Shown in pieces: positions 24,501-35,300 of a stretch of DNA of 64,000 bases. The translations under genes and the position numbers were made by a program. The notes below the pieces were generated by a model. It was not told the origin of the DNA, made no database searches, and saw only the letters and a list, made by a program, of their open reading frames with translations. Within the stretch, counting starts at the first letter, position 1. The number at the start of each line of letters is the position of its first letter. The DNA is from Botryllus schlosseri (lineage: Eukaryota). Location: NCBI GenBank assembly GCA_051294905.1, contig CM119371.1, positions 38,132,001 through 38,196,000 on the forward strand, read 5' to 3'.

Positions 24501-24848
24501 TTGGCCTCGCATACTTCAGCTCCTATCCCTCCATCGTTTAGAGACAATGTCGATAAGTGTATAATGATTACATTGATCAGCGATGGTTATGTCATGATGG
24601 TTAAACAGATGACAGCGAATCGCCCGTATCATACATGGGTACAGGCTTTTTTTTCCAGTTTGACATGTCATTTCAAGGGTGCGTATTATACATGGAAAAT
24701 TGCAGTGTATATATTTAAAAAAAAGTTCAAAATTTCAGTCTTATTTTGAGCAGTCAGTCATATATTGATATTTGGAGTTAATAAACGTCATGTTTTTCAA
24801 TTCCAATTGATTCAGTTCTTCGTCTTCTGGTTGCAGTTGTTTATGTAG

Positions 24849-25820
24849 CAGTGTTGGGATGACTCGAGTCATGACTTGACTCGAGTCCGACTCGAGTCAC
24901 CTTTTTCGCATGACTCGACTTGACTCGAGTCACTTGGCAAAAATGACTTGACTTGACTTGACTCGGCGCTTCAAAAATGCGGATTGACTCGTGACTCGAA
25001 GTAAATTTTACGAGTCAATTTCAAGTCATCAAGTAATCGGTGTCAATAAAAATCACTGTTTCTTGCATATGTTCGGATTGTTCGCGAAACGCTGACGTAA
25101 CCCGTAAGGGTGACCATTCAGTAAATAATGGTCGTGAGTTTTACTGAGAGTCCATTGTTCTCTCACAAATAAATTGACCGCAAACGAAGTGATCGAAGCT
25201 TACAGTTAACGTTATCTTAAACTAGTATAGTAAAGTAATTTAATAGCAAAATGTCTATTTCTGTTCTCTGTTCTTACCTTAACCAAACCACATGTTTTAT
25301 TGAAATTGAATTCGAATATAGTTTATATAGTTCTGAACCATTGGCGTAGGCTCGAATTGTATATGTATTTGTAAATGGGTAATGTATTGCATATTATCAA
25401 TTCGTTTCTCTATTCTCTATTTTGGCGGGTAACTATATAAACTGTGGCTAGGCAATTGCGTAGTTTACCAGTTCTACTTATATGTGAGTGATAAAGCGTC
25501 TTCTTGTGTGTATATTTAACTCTATATTCGCTCATCGGTTCGGAAACAATGACCACTCAAACTGTATTTCAGACTGCTAGCAAATTGCAATGACGTAATC
25601 ATGCCTCATAAATACTTCGAAAAGGCAACTTGACTTGAAATGTGACTTGACTCGTGACTTGACTTGACTTGACTCGACTTGACTCGAGTCACCTGCAAAA
25701 ATTGAGTGACTTGACTTGACTCGAGTCATCTTTGAAAATCGATCGACTTGACTTGAGTCAAAATGTGCAATGACTCGAAATGACTCGTGACTCGAAGGTA
25801 GTGACTTGATCCCAACACTG
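24849..25820. mobile_element. hAT MITE with GACTT/GACTC subterminal repeats
   Basis: TIR CAGTGTTGGGAT; perfect TSD ttatgtag. Confidence 0.92.
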
Positions 25821-25949
25821 TTATGTAGTAGTAGGTCTTCTGATTGTTGTAGTTGTGGCCGTTGGTTTAGCTGTAGTCGCAGTTCTTCTCCATTGTAACC
25901 ATTTTATAGCCGTTGGTTGTTTTGTAGTGTGCGTCTGTCTGCGTGTAAT

Positions 25950-26203
25950 TGTTATGTTCTTGATCTTGTTTGAACAATAACTCAATACGACGAGGTTGCA
26001 ATATGAAATCAGTATATTAACAGCAGAATAACTTAGGACAGGCGACACGATCCAGAGTGCAGTTAAACGAAAGAGCACGAGACAACAGAACACAGGGTAT
26101 AAATACGAAGCACGACACACGAGGAAATAATGATTGGCGGTAATTACTAATCCTAGACAAATTAGAGATAAACGACACCAACGTAAAATGCACGAACATA
26201 ACA
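25950..26203 (+). mobile_element. Solo LTR of an LTR retrotransposon (254 bp)
   Basis: TG...CA ends with a short inverted repeat TGTTATGTTC/GAACATAACA; 5-bp TSD gtaat (25945-25949 and 26204-26208); TATAAA at 26098. Confidence 0.8.
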
Positions 26204-26301
26204 GTAATTTGTTTAGGTCTTGTTATTTTCTTGGTCACGGCTATAGTGTATTGTGTGGTAGTTGTCCGAGGGGTGGTTTTTGGCGCTGGCTTTGCTCCCC
26301 G

Positions 26302-26360
26302 TTAGGTAAGACGTGTGAATTGCTTTGTTGTGATGGGTGGCGATACTGTCGTTGTCGCAT
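26302..26360 (-). CDS. Terminal coding exon ([19 protein letters not shown])
   Basis: gttaacag acceptor in phase 1, Thr-rich, TAA at 26304-26302. Confidence 0.75.
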
Positions 26361-29300
26361 CTGTTAACACAAGGTCGTTGTGAGCCTACCATATTTAAGA
26401 CAACATACGTCTACATATGCCTACATATCTGCCCTCAGACTTGGGCAACTGGACGATTCAAGTTGTCCGATTAGACTGGTAGAACGAAATGTTGGTGATC
26501 TCTAATTCTCAAAATACGGAAATGACTCGACTCGAGTCAATTGTGTATTGACTCGACTTGGACTCAAGTCATTGCGCATGACTCGGACCAAGTCATATGA
26601 CTCGAGACTCGGACGGTCAAGACCGACATTTCATTGTAATTTCGAAAAATAGTAATAGAGCCAGACTATTGGGATTTCGTCTATTGGTACTGGTACTTGA
26701 AAATGCGACCAGAAACTGCTTAAAGTGAGGAACATTATTATATTATAAATTCGAACCATTCGATATCACCAAACAGAGTTATAAAAAGTGGGTTTAACAA
26801 GACTTTAACTGGAAACTTAGCAGTCAACACAACGACTCGGACTCGGGTCATAATACCATGACTCGGACCCGACCCGCTGATCGCTGACTTGCACTCGGAC
26901 TTGACTCGGTGGTAAATTGAAAATGACTCGACTTAACTCAAGTCAAAACTATAAAATTGAGATTGACTTGTGACTCGGAGCCTTGTGACTTAATTAAAAC
27001 CCTGATATTGCAGAACTTAAATTTTACTGGGCATACCGTCAAATGTTCAATCATGTTTTTCTCTGTAAAATTTTGTTATATCGCTTCATTATCAACCAGA
27101 AAATTAGTATGAAATTATCCCCGTAAATGACTCACTCCTGGCGTTTTTGAAAGCCAACATCCAGATTTATATTTGGCTATGATTCTAATTCAAATATAAT
27201 TTGGAAAAAACTGTGTAGGTATGATTCTGGTTCTAATCTAATTTAAAAAACTGAGAATTTTTTAGTTGTTCAATACTGTTCGCAACTTCTTCTATGCACT
27301 TGATAAATGCCGTATCAAAGCAGCTATTGAACGTACACTCACCAGCAACAGGATCGGTCGATCCTGGCGCTGTTGTCTTCGTTAGCGCTGGCTTTGTCGT
27401 TTGTGGGGCTGGTGATGATTGAAGCGGTGGTGCCTTAGCGTTTGCCACACACGCCGTGCCCATTTTGGCGTCCGAGATTTTGATGTCGTCCAAGCCAAAG
27501 TCAGATTGGTAAAAATGCACGAATGCTTCCCAGTAGAATTGCACGAACTGTGGCATTAATGATAGCACGTAAGCAATTCCGAAAATCAGGTTAGGTACAC
27601 TCTAAACCAGGAAAGGTTTTGAGTGGCTCGCACGGTGATTTTTGAAATTAGATATACTCTCAAAAAATGAACTGCCTACGTAATATAGTGTGAGCTTACA
27701 AAGCCAACAAAAACTTTGAGTGGCCTGACCATAGCAATTTACGGCGTCGTTATGGTTATTTCCATGTCCTGATCTAAAAACTCGGAATGTGGATTACTAA
27801 CAGGGGACATCCGCAGGTTTTCTTAAATCTTTGTACATTAACATAAAGTATTTAGCGGTAGATTAATTTAATTTCATTTTTTTTCGCACTTTACGATGAT
27901 GTGCCTCTAGAATTCTTGTTTTTAGTATCCCTCCCGAAAAAAACAAACACATAATATACATCATTTAGTCAAACTACATGCGCATGTGTATCCACGTCGT
28001 TAAGGTAGTACAAAAATCACTCTTTTCGCTAGAAGTACGTTTCTTTCCTGGGCTTTTGTAACAGGCAGTTACGCCAATGTCAATGCATTAAATCAAATAC
28101 CTGGACATCGGGGGTCGGCTTGTAATCGTAGGACTGAAGATGCCATTTATCGCCATGGTTTCCGTGACGCTCCCACAGCAGAACTTCATGCCCGTACGGA
28201 CTCCATCTCCTGAAATAGAGACGTTATATCAGCACCCAGGCGCGTTGCCAGCCGGAAAATAAGGGGGGGTTGAAATAAAAGGGGGGGTTTCGATTCTTTT
28301 GGAATTTAGTAATATAGCATCAATTCATTATGGTTAATTACATGCGTAAATGCCGATTATACATCATCCTCGTGTTGACAATTACACGCGTACGATAAGC
28401 TTGCCGACGAGTCCGGAAGTGCTGTTAATTAGCGACTCCATGATCTGACGTGAACAATTAAATACGCCCGCCCGCTTATCAACGCGTCGAACAATTAAAT
28501 CCGCCCGCTTATCAATGCGTCTTACGTCTTATGTAGCCTCAGCGAACATTTGCACAAGTCAAAATGTATGAGTTTTTATCGAATATGTGCTATGATGACG
28601 CCGATTTCAGGTGGTTCATACCTTACCTCTTTTATAACTCAAGCCTTGACACAAAGCTTCTGATGGTTATGTTCAAGTAATAGCGGATATCAATTACGCA
28701 TGTACGCACGCGTCGCACATGTTTGCGGACATTCGGTGTCATTCAGTTTCGAGACGCCACTCTTTAATCACAATCGCTAATCAGCATATACTCAACGGCA
28801 TTTTATCCAAGCCATCGGGAAATAGGAGCCAAAGCATGGTAGGCCCGAGACGCTGCAGTTAGGCTAGCGATATCTTTCGTACTAGGCTATTGCAGATGCG
28901 ATTGTGTAGGCCAGCGATGATATCGTGCCCACCAAGCCAATGCAGATGTTGTAGGCTAGCGATGATATCATATCGTTCGCACCACGCTTATTGCAGATAT
29001 GATTCTTCAAGCCAGCGGAACTAGGCTTGTTGGAGACGTGATAAATCAGGCTAGCAACGATTGCCGAGCGCGCGGCAGCGAATGACCTAATTACGCAATC
29101 ATCTCAGCGGGAGATCATGCCGCGTTACATTGTGCAGTGCAATGCGCACAGGCGAATCTCGCAAATTGGCAACACGCCTTTCGTTAATTGGCCGCGCATA
29201 CGACTTATTGAATTGCAACTTAGTATTAGCGAACGGTCATTTGAAAAGGCCGGGGTTTCGCGTTTAAGGAGTGGGTTTCGACCCCCGAAACCCCCCCTGG

Positions 29301-32300
29301 CTACACGGCTGTCAGCACCCCTTTCGACGGCATTCTGTTGCGCACTCAAATTGAATTTGGAACACGACTTGAGCGAAATGATGTAATCCAATTCTAATCA
29401 TATTGTGAAAAGCTAAACATTTTCTACTTGTCCAACTCAGGCTGTGTCTCATCTGCAACAAGGCCCGCCACAGAGTTTCCATACAAGCTCACCTCTTTTC
29501 AAACGCGTACAACCTCAACGTTCCCATATATTGGCCGAGCATGTGGTATGCAAACTCTATGGTCACATGCGACTTCTTAAGCCATGGAGTACGGATGATT
29601 GCGTTATCTCCCATTTTCACAGGCAGGGATGACTCAACGTACATGTAATACCCTGAATCAGAGGAAATGACAGCGCAAGGTTAAACTTGAACTGCTCTGT
29701 CACGTAATCTCACCTTTCCCGGTGTTATAATCGCCGCTCGGCCCGGTGTCTGTGCTCGGTGTGGAGCCTTTGTATCGAATCCAGTCAGTCTGATCCAGCT
29801 TGTCTTGAGTCATTTGACAAATATCGGACTCGAAGTCGCACGAAAAGCACTTCGATCTTGAGGCGATCCGTGACAGCGTCGGTGCCCTGGGCTGCACCGT
29901 TAGTTTTCCTTTCCTGCTTGCTGAAAATCGGATATTGCTTCAAAAATGGCACTCAATCGTGCTGGAATGCGGAATTGGGAAACTAGATAATTCTAATTAT
30001 CTAAAAAGACTAATTAACAACGAACTGACGGTAATATAATCTGAGAAATCTTTCCACGCTATCCTTTCAATTCTAATGAAATTTCTGGTTTTCCTGAAAA
30101 TGCTGCAGAAGAGATTTACAGTGCGAAACAAGCCCAGCTTTTTGGTGTACGGACGTTTGACAATCTCATGCTTACTAAAACAAACTGTTATTTGACATGA
30201 ACTGAACTCAGGTAATGTTGCATTTCTTTCATATTCAGAATTTAATTCAATTTCCACGTTTTTTGCGAATTCCAATTCTAATCTCATTTAGAAAAAATGT
30301 GTAGCTATAATTATGCAGCTTATCAAATATGAAAAAGCTCCCCTACACGTGGACATCCCAGCTGTAACTTATTTACCGGGAGCCGCACAAAGTGTTCGGT
30401 TACTCACTCATTTTGAAAGTAGCCTTGAATCCGGTGTGCTTTCCGTCTTTGTTCGAGTCAGAAGTGAACATGACAAACACGGTGTTGCCGGTGCTTACAA
30501 TCTGTAAAAACACGATCAGGAATATCACAAATAAGTAGACCTGCATCAAAGTGTCCGGTGCCCGGTACAGTGAGAGATTTTAGTATCATCACTAGGGCTA
30601 GTTTTGGCAACTTTTTTTACAGCTTCCGGCAGGCGGCAGCCTTCTAAATAATCAGAGGTTACGTACTATCGTGTTTTATGCTGTTTGGAGGAATCTTATG
30701 TTGCAACGTTTCATGATTTTTCATGGAACTATTTTCGATATTTCATGCAGCTTTCTGTAAGTTTTTTTTTTTCAAATTTTCATGCAACTTGTTGCAACTT
30801 TTTTTTCCATTATTCACGCAAGTTCAATGATAGAAAGATAGGAAGGTGCCGAAACGACTTGGAGTAGTCTTTGAGATCAGACACCCACATGGGCCTAAGC
30901 GATGTAAAGAGGAGGCATACTCACTGAATAAAAAGTAAAGAAGATAGTATAAAACAACAAAATCAGGTGGCATGTGACGGAAGGCGTGATCGATGTCAGG
31001 TCGTAGTCCGGCACATGTTGAAGGCTGATACCTGATAGTATTCATTTAGTACAGTGGTTCCCAACCTTTTTGTCTTCATTCCCCGCTTCAGATTTATTCC
31101 GAGTGTTCATTCCCCACTACCCAAAACTCCTATATACTCTTTACAATAGAGTTACAGTATTTTGAGATCCTAAAAAGAGGCCACTTTTTATAAATTCTGA
31201 AAGCTCCAAGAAAACTGCTGATTTTGAAATTTTTTCGACCGATAGTATTGTATTGACTAAAAAAAAGTCATCAATTTGACTCGGCTCCCGATTTTTCGCG
31301 GAACTCTGATGTTCGCCGCGACGGAATCGCATTTTTTACGGCATTTAAATCCTTTTCAGAGAAAAAGAGGACAGTTCCCAAAAACAGAGGACATTTAGCC
31401 ATCCTCCGAGGACGCTTTCAATTTATAATTTTCTATACATACATTCCGGAGCAGTTATCTTGTAACGGTTATCGCGGATGTGTCTGTGTAAATATGTAGA
31501 CTATCCTGTATATAATGTTTAAAAAATGCGTCTATTCCCCACCAGAAACTATCGAATTCCCCGCCGGTTGGGAACTACTGATTTAGTAGAAATTGCTTGT
31601 ATTTCGACTTGAATGAGGACAGGACATGCTCGCCGACTGTCGGATAGCCGGCGAGATACTGTTCCACAATTCAGGTCCGGTATACTTGATAAAACGCATC
31701 GATCATATGATACTTGGACGACGAGGACGCAAGTGTGTTGTACTTATGTACTTTTGACACAGAGGCAAAGAAGTATTGGAAATTTTCGGGGCAGTGACCG
31801 CAATGGAACTGATACTTGGCAATCATCTAGTTTTTGCATATCTTTCATGTTTATGACATCGAATCTTTTGAGCGTTGATTAGTTAGATGCGGAGGACCTG
31901 ATGTTGAAGTTGTTGCAGTGGTTTGAGTGCGATAACTCTGGCAGCTCCCCAGCAGATGATACCATATTGTAGCTTCGATTGGAATAAGGATTTAGTGACC
32001 CAGCGCGGCATGGAGTGTCTAAGGCTGTAGAACAGACCACAGGTCCGACGACATTCACATTGAAATTAAACCAAATATTATCTGCTGACACTTGTCAGGG
32101 GTTATCGTCAGCAACTAGCAGAAAATGGAAAAGAACATTGTTACAGTAATGGCATAATAAACTTGAATATATTATCCAATCATATTGTATGTTCATTACA
32201 GACTAAAATGCTGGAGCAAATGGTTAGTGGTTCAAGTTTTGATGACTTTTGGAACAAAAATTGTAGTTTCCACGGTAATTTCCATTCTAGCAGCCTTGAA

Positions 32301-35300
32301 ACCAGACCGGTGGTGTCATAGCATAAAAGGTACATATTTCGACTTTCAATATCTATCACACCGTTCAGACGTCATATGAGTGATAAAAAGTTGCGATAAG
32401 GCACCAATTATTGTACTGTTGTTCATCAGCGTGAATCTTGACCCAACTCACCGTGGTCGTTTTTTTGTCAGTGCCACAGACAGCCTTTAGTCTCGGAGCA
32501 GCAGCGTTGTTTCCGTCGTGAACTAAGATCGCATCTTTTTGGCAAAGTTTAGAATCTGTAACGTACGAAAATATAGGTCTTGAGCGAGATGAACAATTGC
32601 ACAGTCCCTATACCAAACAAACTAGGACAACTAGATAATTTTCATTGTCTAACTTGACTAATTAGGGCGAAATTCCGGTCATTTAGTTTTAATCGAATTT
32701 GAGGAAGGCTTCTAGCTCTCATTCCAATTCTATTCTAATTTCTGGTTAACGAAAATTCTACAAAACTGTGTACTACGAAAAGAGTCTCAAGCTTGACCTA
32801 TAGATATCTACCTTTCCCTTGCTTATCAGAATCAGCTATTGAGTTGATATGGGCTGAGCTTGGTTTTATTGCATTTCTTCCTAATTCAAAATTAAATGCA
32901 ATATCCAAGTTTTTACGAATTACGAAAATTTACAAGTTATCCAACTTTACTACCAAATTGGCTCTAATAATTTCATTTGGAATCGTTCGAAAATCACCAT
33001 AACGCTAGCGATGTGATGATAGCAATAATGCTTGCCTTCAATGTCGAGATTGGTAATCACCAGCGAAACGTACGAGTTTTTCGGAACTGTGATATTCCAG
33101 GTGCAGTGGGCTTCTGTCGGGTACGGTTTCGGGAAATTTGGACTCGTGAACGTGCCGCTTCGGACGGCCTGGAAATCTCGACCGCAACGCTCGTAAGTCT
33201 TGTCAGCTGCGGAATGAAGACAATACATAGTTTGTAGATTAAGAGTTGTTCTGATTTATGAGAATTCAAAGCTTCCTTGTAGCACGAGGGTTAAGGATTT
33301 TGAAAATCTTTTATCCGCCAAAGAAGAACATGGGAAATAGGTCAGGGCTGGTGAACTCGCAAGCCGTTCCGACCTTATCTGTCTCAGTTTACGTAGTCTT
33401 TTAACAGGGTAATATCCAAAATAACTTTTTCTGCTTTTCGCAAATCAAGAGTGTAAATTCTCACTATGTTTTGCTCTACTTACAGCTGCCAGGGAGCGTT
33501 TTCCAACGCGAGCTCTGTAAAGAATAGATTTCTCATCTGTATGACCAGTGAAAACCGTTAAATCAAGAGCCAGACATTTAAAAAATCTCAATTCTACCCT
33601 AGAACAGAACAATAAATACATTTCGCTTCTTGCTTTTGCTGATACCGCATTTCATGATAGTTACAAAGGACCTAACCAGTTTTCAAGTTGTGTAACTGGA
33701 CGTTTTCTTAAAATAGTTGAGTAGTTCTGCAATAGGCTGTAATCCTAATTTGGTTTAAAGGTCGCAATCCAGCCTCTTTTTACCGATCAACAAACTGTTA
33801 GTTGCGAGGCTATCTTGCATAGAGCGAATTAATTCAGGGAACAGTTAATGATCACTCATATACCTTTTATGCGACCTCAAAGCATATAATGCCTGTTCTA
33901 AATCAATTTACAGATAATTTCTTATTTTTCCAACCATACCTACTTGATTTCACTTTAGTGACAATGCGGAGAGTTGATCGCGACTTCCGAGCGCCGGGTT
34001 CAAACCTTTAAATTGTTCGCGGGCTGCATCAGTTCACTATTTTAGTAGCCTACCTTCAGTCGCGAACAATGGAATCGTAAAAATACGATGACGGACCGGT
34101 CGAATGCATATGTAAACAGCGGCGGTAACGACAATATAATTTGACATGTTTCTATGCTCCCTTCCCTTTAGTCCTAATGTGGTGTTAGCCTTGTGTATGC
34201 GTTCTGAGGAATGCAAGAGATTCAGCTGTAAAATCACAATTCAGGTTTCACTTGATTTGACTGCGTGACCACAGATAATTGAATTAGATTTCTGTGTACC
34301 TAATATATTCTGCAACTGCATATAACGGTTTCGCATCGGTGTTTCGGCTTCTGTGAATATCTACCTTTGGCTCATTTTCCATAAAACTCTCAACTTAGAG
34401 TGCGCTTTTCCTTCTTGGGGGTGCCAATGACACCGATTTGTGCCTAGTGGGAACTAGAATGAAATCACGATACCGCAGTCAGGTGGTTATAATGTGGCCT
34501 ATGAACATACTCGACATTTGTAGTCTTGGGGGATGATTAACGGAAGTATTTCCATCAAAACATCTCAACATTCATTACAAATGTGTGAGCCGGATAATAT
34601 AGGCATTTTCCAATGAAATCAGAATTGCTTCGTGGGCCAGATAGAATCGTCTGACGGGCCGGATGCGGCCGGTATGTTTGACAACCCCGTTTCAAGGCTT
34701 TCGCAGTAGAAAATACTATCGGGACTTGATTACTTGATAACACCTGGATTAATTGTGTGGCTACTTATTTATAACAAGCATCTCAAGTAAGTGGATTCTA
34801 GGAAGGAAAATGGGATAGTGAATAGACAAGACAATCAGGCAGATGACAGTTTCCGTATTGGATAGTTTGTCCGTAAATGATAAAACTTCAGCTCTCAAAA
34901 GGCGGTTTCTCCAGAAAAGAAACGTAAACCAGGGGTGCACCATTCAACGTGCACAATCGAGATAATGAAGGTCAATAAAGTTAGTTACAACATTAATTCT
35001 TGTTATTCAAAGCATAGACACAAATTTACGCCCTCAAGATAAAATGATTGTGTGTCTTGAGCTGATGAAAACAATTCATTATGATTTATGATGTATTTGA
35101 ACTCGACATATCAAGATTTTTAATATGAGTATTTATAAGTAGGAACAGCGTGCGGGCATGAAATTATCTAATCATGGGTAAATAATCACTGAAAACTCAC
35201 CACAGTTGTACAGATATTTGACTTCTTCAATGTCATATGGGCTCATTCTTTGACTTTGGCCGATGTCCGGTTCAGGCCTACGTTTCGGCGTTATCTGCGG

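Noticed and set aside
24303..24749. 148-aa ORF with 17-aa repeats as a protein-coding gene
   Set aside because: Explained by a 51-bp tandem repeat found again, with indels, inside a transposon.
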